Assembly (NCBI GenBank): GCA_020348865.1 | Contig: CP070754.1 | Span: forward strand, 808,612-861,834 | Reading direction: 5' to 3' | Source of the DNA: Candidatus Bathyarchaeota archaeon | GTDB taxonomy: Archaea > Thermoproteota > Bathyarchaeia > Bathyarchaeales > Bathyarchaeaceae | DNA length: 53,223 nt | Shown here: positions 18,139-26,503 of the stretch, in pieces | Position numbering within the stretch: position 1 is the stretch's first letter | How the letters are laid out: each line of letters begins with the position of its first letter | Made by a program: the position numbers and the translations under genes | Notes under the pieces: model-generated | Seen by the model: the letters and a program-made list of their open reading frames with translations, nothing else | Database searches by the model: none | What the model was told of the DNA's origin: nothing

Positions 18139-20208
18139 CTACTGAGTACTTCTAAACGGTTTAAAAGGAATTCCCTCTCCTGAGTGGAATTTTGAGAACC
18201 ATTCAACCCAATGGAGACGGAGAGTGTGCACAAACACAACCAACCCTTCAATAATCATTACGAGGATTGTTCCCGTGACTACTATAGGGATGCTCTCAAG
18301 CGGGAAGTGACCATGGTCCACTCCGCCTAGCACCAGGAACATGTAGTTCATCGCGCTGTGAATGAGGCCTAGGGCCATTAGTCGACCGTAGGACATGGAG
18401 TGGCTCAGAGTCTCAGCGAAAACCTCAACGGTAAACCCAACGCCTTCCATAAAACCTTCAGCCATCGCAGTAAATCCAAGTATGAGCACTAGTGGCAGTA
18501 TGACGAGTCCCGCAAGCATAATATTGCCCTCAGCGAACCACTTGGAAATGTTTGATATGCCGCCCCAGTACACCCACATAGACATGCTGCCCCAAAGCAG
18601 CCACAACCAGCAGATTGGTATTGGAGCAAGTTTATGGTGTTTGTGTCTTATTTCGTTCAGAAGCCTCAGAACTAGCCCTAGACTTGTATGGATTGCTCCA
18701 ACAAGTATGGCGAACCTTAGGATTCTCATAGGCTCCTCTGTGGGCTCAAATCCACCAAAGTAAAAGGGTCCGATTCTACCAAGAGATATCGGGTGAATGA
18801 CACCTGATGGACCGAAAAACTCCCCAAAGAGGAAACCAAAGAATATGGCGGAAATCCCTAAGAACACAAACATCTCACCGCTGATAAGAAGGTATTGAAT
18901 TATGTCCCCTGCTTCCTCTAATTTGACCCTTCTACGAGCCAGAGTCAAGAGAATTCCAATTATTACGAAAATCGCGCCTTGTCCAACATCTGCAAACATT
19001 ATTCCGAAAAGCACAGGAAACGTTATTGCGAGAAGACGAATAGGATTGATATCTCCATAGGATGGATATCCAAACGCGTAAACTAGCTTCTCAAAAGCTG
19101 CAATATAGTTCGGGACTGGTCTGAATATTAATGGTAGTTTATCATCCTGAGCAGGCGACTCGTCTGCTATTATGCTTTGTCCATCGGTGGCTTTTTTTAT
19201 CCTTTCCGTGGCTTCTTCAACGTTGAATTCAGGCACCCAAGCCTCAAAATAGATAGTTTTGGCGCTTTTGACGAATTTTTCTTCTTCCTTTGCTATGCTC
19301 TTCTCCTTCTCAACAGTTTTTCGCAGAGTCAGAAGTGTTTTGCGTATCTCCTCGAGTTCGGTCTCTATCCCGATTGATTCACCTACTGCCCCAACAAGGT
19401 TCTTCAGCGTTGAGAGTCTTTCCATGAAAAGTCTTTCACTTTCAGTGACAGAATTCCTAAGCCCAAAGATCTTTCTGCCCAAGTCAATTTTGTCCTGGAT
19501 GATGAGATTCTTCATCTTTTGCATCAGTGCAAATTCATCTGTTATGCCCGTAGTCTCGGTCGCCTTTTCAATCTCAGACAGCCTGTATTCAACTTCAGCA
19601 AGAACCTCTGCTATCGGTTTCTCCAGTCTAACCTGTTCAACTTCTACTTCTTTTGACTTCACTCCAAAGGCTTCAATCAATTGGTCGATTCTTGAAGCAA
19701 GAGTTAAGCACTTGGAAAGGGTTTCAGCAGGCAGTTCTGCTAGTTTCTGCTCAACTTCAGCGAGAACCTCTGCTATCGGTTTCTCCAGTCTAACCTGTTC
19801 AACTTCTACTTCTTTTGACTTCACTCCAAAGGCTTCAATCAATTGGTCGATTCTTGAAGCACAAGCTAGGCATTTAGAAAGAGTTTCGACAGGCAGTTCT
19901 GCTAGTTTCTGCTCAACTTCAGCGAGAACGTCGCACACTGGTTCCTCTGTTATCGGTATCTTCTCTGAAGGAGGCCCCTCAACTGTTAGGCCAAGGTGTT
20001 CAAACGAAAGCTCAATTTTTGAAAGAAGGTCTGAGCATCTTGCCAGAGCTTCCGTTTGAACTACGCGGGAGACTTCAACTCCTTTGCTGATTTCCAGCTT
20101 TTCTGGCATATGAATAAACTGAACCAAACCCTTCTCGCCAAGAGACTCTACGACAGCGTCAACGTCAGTTTCAAGGATAATGGCTTTGAGCTTTCGTATC
20201 TCTGGCAT
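18139..20208 (-). CDS. atpI: A-type ATP synthase subunit I (a-subunit)
   Basis: 689 aa. Soluble coiled-coil N-terminal half. Polytopic C-terminal half with the conserved Arg helix ETLSHSMSYGRLMALGLIHS. Confidence 0.85.
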   Translation of the reverse strand: MPEIRKLKAIILETDVDAVVESLGEKGLVQFIHMPEKLEISKGVEVSRVVQTEALARCSDLLSKIELSFEHLGLTVEGPPSEKIPITEEPVCDVLAEVEQKLAELPVETLSKCLACASRIDQLIEAFGVKSKEVEVEQVRLEKPIAEVLAEVEQKLAELPAETLSKCLTLASRIDQLIEAFGVKSKEVEVEQVRLEKPIAEVLAEVEYRLSEIEKATETTGITDEFALMQKMKNLIIQDKIDLGRKIFGLRNSVTESERLFMERLSTLKNLVGAVGESIGIETELEEIRKTLLTLRKTVEKEKSIAKEEEKFVKSAKTIYFEAWVPEFNVEEATERIKKATDGQSIIADESPAQDDKLPLIFRPVPNYIAAFEKLVYAFGYPSYGDINPIRLLAITFPVLFGIMFADVGQGAIFVIIGILLTLARRRVKLEEAGDIIQYLLISGEMFVFLGISAIFFGFLFGEFFGPSGVIHPISLGRIGPFYFGGFEPTEEPMRILRFAILVGAIHTSLGLVLRLLNEIRHKHHKLAPIPICWLWLLWGSMSMWVYWGGISNISKWFAEGNIMLAGLVILPLVLILGFTAMAEGFMEGVGFTVEVFAETLSHSMSYGRLMALGLIHSAMNYMFLVLGGVDHGHFPLESIPIVVTGTILVMIIEGLVVFVHTLRLHWVEWFSKFHSGEGIPFKPFRSTQ
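19591..19940 (-). repeat. 162-bp (54-codon) in-frame tandem repeat inside atpI, about 2.2 copies
   Basis: Units start at 19591, 19753 and 19915 (partial). The first ~108 nt of units 1 and 2 differ at one position. Peptide unit: VLAEVEQKLAELP(V/A)ETLSKCL..ASRIDQLIEAFGVKSKEVEVEQVRLEKPIAE. Confidence 0.9.
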
Positions 20209-20254
20209 GAGAACCCCCCTTCAAGGGCGAGGTTCACAGTGTGCACAGGCGTAG

Positions 20255-20262
20255 TATAAAGG
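20255..20262 (-). promoter_or_regulatory. candidate TATA box for atpI-atpK
   Basis: The minus strand reads CCTTTATA 47-54 nt upstream of the atpI ATG (20208). A G-rich SD-like GAAGGGGGG lies just before the start. Pattern only. Confidence 0.3.
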
Positions 20263-20356
20263 TTTCGCGCAAACTCAAGCGTCTTTGATCAGCTCAATGA
20301 CCGTCCAAACGAGGGGAAACTCTTAAAGCTCTTCGTTCAAAATTAAACATGCTCTG

Positions 20357-20686
20357 GTGGCAGCCTTGCTTGAGGCCTTCAAAACGGTTATGGATAAGGA
20401 GCAAGAAGCCAACAAAATAGTACGAGAAGCACAGGTGAAGGCAGAGAAGATTATGAATGAAGCGAAAGAAAAAGCAGAGGACGCTTATAGAAAGACCTAT
20501 GAACAAACCGTCGCCGAGGCGAAGCGCAAATCCATGGAATTGCGGAAACGAGCGGAGGCAGACGCTGAGCGTGAGGCTAAGATTTTCCTTCCCCAAGCCG
20601 AAAAACAGGCGAGAGAGACTCGAAAAGAAGCAGCGAAGAAATTCGGCGAAGCAGTCAACACCGTTCTAAACGAGATTCTGTCTTAA
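20357..20686 (+). CDS. atpH: A-type ATP synthase peripheral-stalk subunit H
   Basis: 109 aa, GTG start. Single long Ala/Glu/Lys helix (EQEANKIVREAQVKAEKIMNEAKEKAEDAYRK). Directly upstream of atpE. Confidence 0.7.
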   Translation: MAALLEAFKTVMDKEQEANKIVREAQVKAEKIMNEAKEKAEDAYRKTYEQTVAEAKRKSMELRKRAEADAEREAKIFLPQAEKQARETRKEAAKKFGEAVNTVLNEILS

Positions 20687-20698
20687 GCTGGTGGACAC

Positions 20699-21331
20699 AT
20701 GGAATCAACAGTCCAAAGATTTACTGACCGAATTCTCAAAGACGCAAGAAAAGAAGCGAAATCCATTATAGATAAAGCCAAAAGGTCCGCTGAAATGCTA
20801 CTGGAAGATCGAAGGCAATCAGGTCACCAAAAAGCAAAGGAAGACACATACTCCCTTCTGAAAAGAGCTGAAAGCGAGGCCGAGATTGTTAGAGGAAGAA
20901 TAGCTACTGATACCAAGAAAAAAGCAAGTTGGCTTGTCCTATCCGAAAAGGAACACTTAGTAACCGACGTCCTAGATGAAGTGAAACGCAAACTCGGGGA
21001 TCTGCAAAAATCAGAGAAATACGGCTCGATACTTGAGAGAATGATAGTTGATGCTGGAGAGATTTTAGGTGGCGGAAGGTTGGAAGTCATGTTGAACAAA
21101 AACGACTCAACCCGACCATTGAAAATCGACATGTTAAGTGAGGCAATCACTGAGAAAACTGGAGTGAAGACGCACCTTAGACCCTCGAAGCAGAAAATCG
21201 AAGCTATTGGCGGTGCCGTGATCAAAACAGTTGGTGGCAGAATAATCGTGGACAACACCTTTGAAGCCATACTCAAGCGACGTGAAAAAGAACTAAGGTT
21301 CAAAATAGCAAGGATTCTGTTCAGCAACTAA
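20699..21331 (+). CDS. atpE: A-type ATP synthase peripheral-stalk subunit E
   Basis: 210 aa. N-terminal long helix RILKDARKEAKSIIDKAKRSAEMLLEDRR and C-terminal globular block GGAVIKTVGGRIIVDNTFEAILKR. Confidence 0.8.
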   Translation: MESTVQRFTDRILKDARKEAKSIIDKAKRSAEMLLEDRRQSGHQKAKEDTYSLLKRAESEAEIVRGRIATDTKKKASWLVLSEKEHLVTDVLDEVKRKLGDLQKSEKYGSILERMIVDAGEILGGGRLEVMLNKNDSTRPLKIDMLSEAITEKTGVKTHLRPSKQKIEAIGGAVIKTVGGRIIVDNTFEAILKRREKELRFKIARILFSN

Positions 21332-21351
21332 GTGAACGTTTTAGAAAGGCA

Positions 21352-21690
21352 TCAAGAGAACCCATACCATTTCCAAATCTCTTTGACAACTCTATCAGAG
21401 TATCCCCTTTGCTTGAGCAAAGCTCTGCATACGCGCATCCAGTCATAAGTAAAATGAATTCGTTTCTTCACTGCTTCAACTTGACGTCCGTTCATACTCC
21501 ACACAGATTCGAAGAAGAAGTAGTACGCCATCTGAATCAAGTCCACAGCCAAGATGGTAGCGTTTATCTCAACTCTGTGAAAGAATATCCAGGACAACAG
21601 TTGTGCGAGGCTGGAAGCGGTGAGACGATAGACCAGCGTTTTCAAGAGTTTCCCCTGAAACTTAGTCCCCAACTCATCAACCTTCCACAA
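21352..21690 (-). CDS. small membrane protein, DUF2061-like
   Basis: 112 aa. KTLVYRLTASSLAQLLSWIFF...AVDLIQMAYYFFFESVW resembles the two-helix DUF2061 pattern as I remember it. Confidence 0.45.
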   Translation of the reverse strand: MWKVDELGTKFQGKLLKTLVYRLTASSLAQLLSWIFFHRVEINATILAVDLIQMAYYFFFESVWSMNGRQVEAVKKRIHFTYDWMRVCRALLKQRGYSDRVVKEIWKWYGFS

Positions 21691-21809
21691 TCTCGACTAC
21701 ACACAATATTATGTCGTAAGATGTAATAAATCTTTTTCACATGTACAGCGCACACAACAGCACAAGAGAATATTTTCATCCTGGTTTCGCTCATTTGTAG
21801 GCACACGCT

Positions 21810-22361
21810 TCAGACCTGGGCATACTGAACTAGAAACCTCTTCCACAGGAAGGATGCGAGATAGCCAGCTGCGGCCCCATTAACAATCCCAACCACGATT
21901 ATGACTTGATACAGAAAAGGCATAATCGTCATCAACGGCATCAATTCTAACAAGACAGCTATGTAAGTTGACAGTAGGCCAATCGCTGCTGTACTCAAGG
22001 TCAAAGATGCAACCAGTCTACCGGTCTTAACGTCTCCATGAGGCGCTCTGACATGTAACACGTGAAAGAACCCGTCTACGAATACTCCATACACGACGGC
22101 GAAGATCAGGCTGAACGGAGCAAAAGCAACCCTCCATACTGTCATGAGAAGGCCACCTACAGTCGCTACGTATGTGGCACCCATCCTTCCCAAAAGAAGC
22201 GAGCCTAACGCAAGAAAAAGAGCTTCAACGATGACAAACATCTTGTCTATTGGAGTAGGCAAGCCCATTTTGAGGATGAATATTATGGTGCCGAAGATTG
22301 TTGTAATCGCTATTCTCTTCGTCTTAGGCATACGATTGGACAATCCCGTCTTCCTCTTCAA
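21810..22361 (-). CDS. polytopic membrane protein of unknown function (possibly ECF S-component-like)
   Basis: 183 aa with 5-6 hydrophobic helices. The start is 6 nt downstream of the mobA stop, so it is probably co-transcribed with fdhD-mobA. Confidence 0.55.
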   Translation of the reverse strand: MKRKTGLSNRMPKTKRIAITTIFGTIIFILKMGLPTPIDKMFVIVEALFLALGSLLLGRMGATYVATVGGLLMTVWRVAFAPFSLIFAVVYGVFVDGFFHVLHVRAPHGDVKTGRLVASLTLSTAAIGLLSTYIAVLLELMPLMTIMPFLYQVIIVVGIVNGAAAGYLASFLWKRFLVQYAQV

Positions 22362-22367
22362 ATGGCA

Positions 22368-23078
22368 TCAATTATCCCTGGCAGGAGTTGGCATGTCTCC
22401 TTTCTGTGAATTCACACTGTTGCGAGCATGTCGAAGCATACCTTCCGCTTTTCTCAAATCCTCGGGTGAATTGACGTTGAAGAAAGTCGTTAGCTGCGGA
22501 TCCATCTGTTTGAGTGCTGAAGTAGATATGTAACGCACTTTCTCCAGATAGCTGATCACTGAATGAACGCTCATTCTCTTGTCCTGTAATGCTTTGTGTG
22601 TCGCGTTCAGAGCTGATTCCGTGCAGTAGGCAGCTTGAAGGGGCTCAGTGTAGGTGTTTGGCCACCGAGGAATGACCGCATCCTTGCCGACACACAATTC
22701 CAGCAGAAGCGTAGCAATTCTGGTTGAAATGAACGGGGTGTCACATGGAAGTAACAAAGAATGTTCGCCATGAACATTTTCAAACCCTGTCAATGCACCA
22801 ACCAGAGGACTTTGAACCTTGTATTTGTCAACAACTACTCTTGCCCTGGGCTTCAAATGTGCGTAGGCTTTTTCTTGGCTCTCTGAACTCACTATAAGCA
22901 GAACCTCATCGACAACGGTTGATACCCCGTCAAGAACATGATCTACGAGAGGCTGACCAGACAATTCGAGTAACCCCTTATCCTGTCCGAATCGATTAGA
23001 ATGCCCGCCTGCAAGAACTATCGCGGATCTTTTCACGAGGTGACACCTTAGCCTCAATAGGTAACTCTTTCTGGACAC
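22368..23078 (-). CDS. mobA: molybdenum cofactor guanylyltransferase MobA
   Basis: AIVLAGGHSNRFGQDKGLLELSGQPLVDHVL and LLLPCDTPF blocks. The likely true start is GTG at 23036, which removes the overlap with fdhD. Confidence 0.8.
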   Translation of the reverse strand: MSRKSYLLRLRCHLVKRSAIVLAGGHSNRFGQDKGLLELSGQPLVDHVLDGVSTVVDEVLLIVSSESQEKAYAHLKPRARVVVDKYKVQSPLVGALTGFENVHGEHSLLLPCDTPFISTRIATLLLELCVGKDAVIPRWPNTYTEPLQAAYCTESALNATHKALQDKRMSVHSVISYLEKVRYISTSALKQMDPQLTTFFNVNSPEDLRKAEGMLRHARNSVNSQKGDMPTPARDN

Positions 23079-23872
23079 GTATAGATGTTCATGCGTCTCC
23101 CTCGCACGAATCCTATCAACGTTATTTTGCAGTGTTCAGCGACCTCGATTCCGGATTTTATGGCAGTGGCGTGAGAAGCTATCATAGGCAATCCTATCCT
23201 CGCCGCCTTCAGAACGATATCACCAGTCAAGCGCCCACTCAGGGCAAGGAAAAGATCGCCGAAATCAGCATTCTCTGAAGCTCGCATACCAATCACCTTA
23301 TCCACAGCGTTGTGTCGCCCAACGTCTTCTGCAAGAGCCACCAAATCACCATTATCCTCATATAGGGCTGCAACATGAACGCCACCAGTTCTTCTATAAG
23401 TTTCAGCAACTGCATTTAGATTCTTGACGCAATCTGAAATGAGCGAAGCATCTACAGTTAAACATGAGCCAACTCTTGGCAGCTTGAGTCTATCGATAAG
23501 TCTTGGAAAAGGCCAGTAAACCGATGAACCGCAAGAGGAAGTTATCAGGCGAGAGAATGGTTTTGCGAGCTCAATTTTCTTTTTCAGGTTTATACTTGGT
23601 TTGAACTGGATACGACACAAATGCTTGTCTTCTTCGAGACGTATGTTGTGAATCTCGTTGCGTTTTTTTATGATCCCCTCTGAAAGTATGTGCCCGACAG
23701 CGAGTTCCTCCAACAGAGAAGGTGAACAAAGAATAGTTACGAAATGAGTGTTGTTGAGAAAAACGTGAAGGGGTTTCTCCTCAGCCACCAAATCAGTTGT
23801 GTGTTGGGCGTCTCCTGCAGAAATGTCAACCTTCCAAATCTTGATCCTTGGCATCTTCCCAGCATTTCCCAC
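23054..23872 (-). CDS. fdhD: formate dehydrogenase sulfurtransferase/accessory protein FdhD
   Basis: 272 aa. Blocks SSCGSS, GGVHVAALY, DVGRHNAVDKVIG and LSGRLTGDIVLKAARIGLPMIAS. Confidence 0.85.
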   Translation of the reverse strand: MGNAGKMPRIKIWKVDISAGDAQHTTDLVAEEKPLHVFLNNTHFVTILCSPSLLEELAVGHILSEGIIKKRNEIHNIRLEEDKHLCRIQFKPSINLKKKIELAKPFSRLITSSCGSSVYWPFPRLIDRLKLPRVGSCLTVDASLISDCVKNLNAVAETYRRTGGVHVAALYEDNGDLVALAEDVGRHNAVDKVIGMRASENADFGDLFLALSGRLTGDIVLKAARIGLPMIASHATAIKSGIEVAEHCKITLIGFVRGRRMNIYTCPERVTY

Positions 23873-24215
23873 TTATTGTCATCTTCCGAGGAGTACGCAC
23901 TGAAATAGTTCTCAATCATTGTTCAGAAGTAGATGTGATTTAGGTCTGAGTTATTTAGTCTTTTCCACTCACTAGATGACTTTGCATGTGTCTCCTTTGG
24001 GGAAAGAGGCATTTGTGACTTCACAGGTTCTACATGTGCACTCATATCAAAATCGATTGTTGCGGAGCATCTACGTTTTGTGTTATTGAACCTGAACTGC
24101 CAAGACCGGAGCCAGTCTCTATTCAGAGGCAACAGATTCGCAATCATTATTAAGGACTTGGTGAAGGAGATTACGAAACTCGAATCAAGCTCGTCAAGGG
24201 CTGGGGGCGAGACCA

Positions 24216-24767
24216 ATGGCTAAAGCGGAAAAAACGCAAGATGAAAAGGCGAGACAGAGGACAGTGCTCAAAGCATCCGAGATGGACCCTAAATTCAAGT
24301 ATGAGATCAGCAAGCTTCCCGGCGCAGAGGAGGTTATGTTATGCTTCCAGTGCGGTACGTGTACAGCTGACTGTCCAATATCACGGTTTGACGATTTCTA
24401 CAGACCCAGAAGACTCATCCGGATGACTCAACTGGGCCTAAAAGACAGACTTCTCTCAAACGACGTCATCTGGCTTTGTTCCACCTGCTTCACATGCATA
24501 GACCATTGCCCACAAGGCGTAGGAATCGCCAGCATCGTACGAGCTCTTAGAAACCTAACTGTAAAACGCGGACATATGCCCGCAGGCTATAAGGAACAGG
24601 TCTCCAATATCCTAAAAACGGGATATGCATACGTGATTTCAGATATGCGACTTAGAAAGAGAAAGGAGAAAGGACTACCTGCCCTGCCAAAAACCAACCT
24701 AAAAAGCGTCGCTAAACTCTTCAACGCCACAGGATTTTCAAAGACGCTTGAAAAGGTGAAGACATAG
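24216..24767 (+). CDS. hdrC: heterodisulfide reductase subunit C
   Basis: 183 aa. CFQCGTCTADCP and CSTCFTCIDHCPQG motifs. Directly upstream of hdrB. Confidence 0.8.
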   Translation: MAKAEKTQDEKARQRTVLKASEMDPKFKYEISKLPGAEEVMLCFQCGTCTADCPISRFDDFYRPRRLIRMTQLGLKDRLLSNDVIWLCSTCFTCIDHCPQGVGIASIVRALRNLTVKRGHMPAGYKEQVSNILKTGYAYVISDMRLRKRKEKGLPALPKTNLKSVAKLFNATGFSKTLEKVKT

Positions 24768-24768
24768 A

Positions 24769-25650
24769 ATGGACAAACCAAAATACCTGTTATTTCTGGG
24801 ATGTGCTATTCCGTACAGACTCCCTAGCTACGAGATTTCCACTAGAAAAGTTCTCAGGAAACTGGGTGTAGAACTAGTCGAGATGCCCGATTTCAATTGC
24901 TGTGGATTCCCAACAGATCCGGTAAGCCACGATACGATGCTCACCTTGGCAGCACGAAATCTCTGTCTGGCGGAACAACGAAATCTGAACATCGTGGCTT
25001 TATGCAATGGGTGTTTCGGGATTCTAAATCATGTAAACAAAGAGCTCAAGGAAGACAAGGAAGTCAAGGAGAAGGTAAACGGGTATTTGAAGGAAATAGG
25101 GATGGAGTTCAAGGGAACTGTGACTGTTAAGCATCTTATTCACGTTCTAGCTGAGGATGTTGGCTTAGAAAAGATAAAGGAGACTGTTCAGAAGCCGCTT
25201 AGTCAACTTCGCGTGGTCCAGCATAGCGGATGCCACGTCAATCGTCCTAGAAAGTACATTGGTCTTGAAGATCCAGAAAACCCCACGATTCTTAAGAAGC
25301 TGATTGAGGTGACCGGCGCAGAATGCTTGGAATACATGGATGAACCGGAGTGTTGTGGTGCACCGATACTTGGTGTGGATGAGAAGATTCCTCTTCAGTT
25401 GACTAGAGACAAACTTGATCATGTCAAAGCTGTTGGGGCACAGGCGATGATTACTGTTTGCCCGTACTGTCACATAATGTACGATCTCAATCAACCCAGA
25501 ATAGAAAGAGCTTTCAACGAAAAATTCGGGATACCCGTCCTTCACTACCCACAGTTGCTAGGCCTAGCTATGGGCATCACCCCAGACAAACTAGCTCTGA
25601 AAGATCTTAGAGTAGATGCAACTGAAATCGTGAATGTTTCCAGTCAGTGA
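24769..25650 (+). CDS. hdrB: heterodisulfide reductase subunit B (two CCG domains)
   Basis: 293 aa. FLGCAIP...NCCGFP...LCNGCFG and QHSGCHVNRP...ECCGAP...VCPYCH. Confidence 0.85.
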   Translation: MDKPKYLLFLGCAIPYRLPSYEISTRKVLRKLGVELVEMPDFNCCGFPTDPVSHDTMLTLAARNLCLAEQRNLNIVALCNGCFGILNHVNKELKEDKEVKEKVNGYLKEIGMEFKGTVTVKHLIHVLAEDVGLEKIKETVQKPLSQLRVVQHSGCHVNRPRKYIGLEDPENPTILKKLIEVTGAECLEYMDEPECCGAPILGVDEKIPLQLTRDKLDHVKAVGAQAMITVCPYCHIMYDLNQPRIERAFNEKFGIPVLHYPQLLGLAMGITPDKLALKDLRVDATEIVNVSSQ

Positions 25651-25697
25651 CAGTCTCGCGTCCCTGAGTTCTTATATTGCGCAAAGAGAACTGACAA

Positions 25698-26204
25698 ATG
25701 AAAAATCAGTGGAAAGCAGACAACAATAGAATCGAGGGCACGTTGAAGAACTGGCTTACCTGTGCTCGGAAGGTTGTGGTTGTAGGCATCGGAAATCCAC
25801 TAAGAAAAGACGATTATATTGGTGGTTCAGTTGTAGAAGACCTACGTGGAAGAGTTTCGCAACGTGTCTACTTGATAGAGTGTGAAACGGTTCCTGAGAG
25901 CTTCATCGGGTCGATAACCAAGTTCAAACCTACACATGTGCTCCTTATTGATGCAGGATTTTTGAACCGGAACCCTGGATCCTTGGAACTTGTAGACGTA
26001 CTCGGAATGGCAGACCAGACTGCTATATCTACTCATGCACTACCTCTCCAAATATTCTGTGAATACCTCAAGAAAACAACAGGCGCTAAAATCACACTCC
26101 TCGTGATACAGCCAAAAGATACTAGTTTTGGAGAAGGATTAACCACGGAACTGAAAGAAACAGAAGGATATTTGGCTAATCTCCTGTCGAAATCTCTTCC
26201 TTGA
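25698..26204 (+). CDS. [NiFe]-hydrogenase maturation endopeptidase (HycI/FrhD/HoxM family)
   Basis: VVVVGIGNPLRKDDYIGGSVVEDL, HVLLIDAG and STHALPL blocks. No hydrogenase structural gene is present in this window. Confidence 0.8.
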   Translation: MKNQWKADNNRIEGTLKNWLTCARKVVVVGIGNPLRKDDYIGGSVVEDLRGRVSQRVYLIECETVPESFIGSITKFKPTHVLLIDAGFLNRNPGSLELVDVLGMADQTAISTHALPLQIFCEYLKKTTGAKITLLVIQPKDTSFGEGLTTELKETEGYLANLLSKSLP

Positions 26205-26503
26205 TAGAACGAGTTAGTTCGCTTGTCGTATTGATGGCAAACAGATCTTCCAGTTATCGGCTGCAGTGGGAGTCTACGGTTTGGCAGTGCCTGAATGTGA
26301 AGGTCGACGAATAAACCTTTAAGAACGTAGGTTTATGGAATCTTAACACTCTTTGGGAACGTAGGGAGCTAAAGAAATAGTGTCAGAACTTGGCCAGCCT
26401 GATTCAGGATTGGTTGCGGAAGGCAGCAGAACCCTGTCTGCAATTGCCATCTATGCCGACAATGCGTTGTCCAGAGAGTGGAGGCGACGTAAGATGGGAG
26501 AGG

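Noticed and set aside
19259-20059. 266-aa + strand ORF inside atpI (also 18395-18763)
   Set aside because: It is an antisense shadow of the well-supported atpI. The Ser-rich, low-complexity translation simply mirrors the tandem repeat.
23923-24216. 97-aa minus-strand ORF in the fdhD/hdrC divergent intergenic region
   Set aside because: There are no motifs and no RBS. It fills a region more plausibly occupied by two promoters.
26323-26365. 9-nt direct repeat GAACGTAGG (26323 and 26357) and a 6-bp hairpin (26313-26334) upstream of the MgtE-like gene; possible operator or riboswitch
   Set aside because: It is too short to distinguish from chance, and no known Mg-sensing RNA architecture is recognisable.
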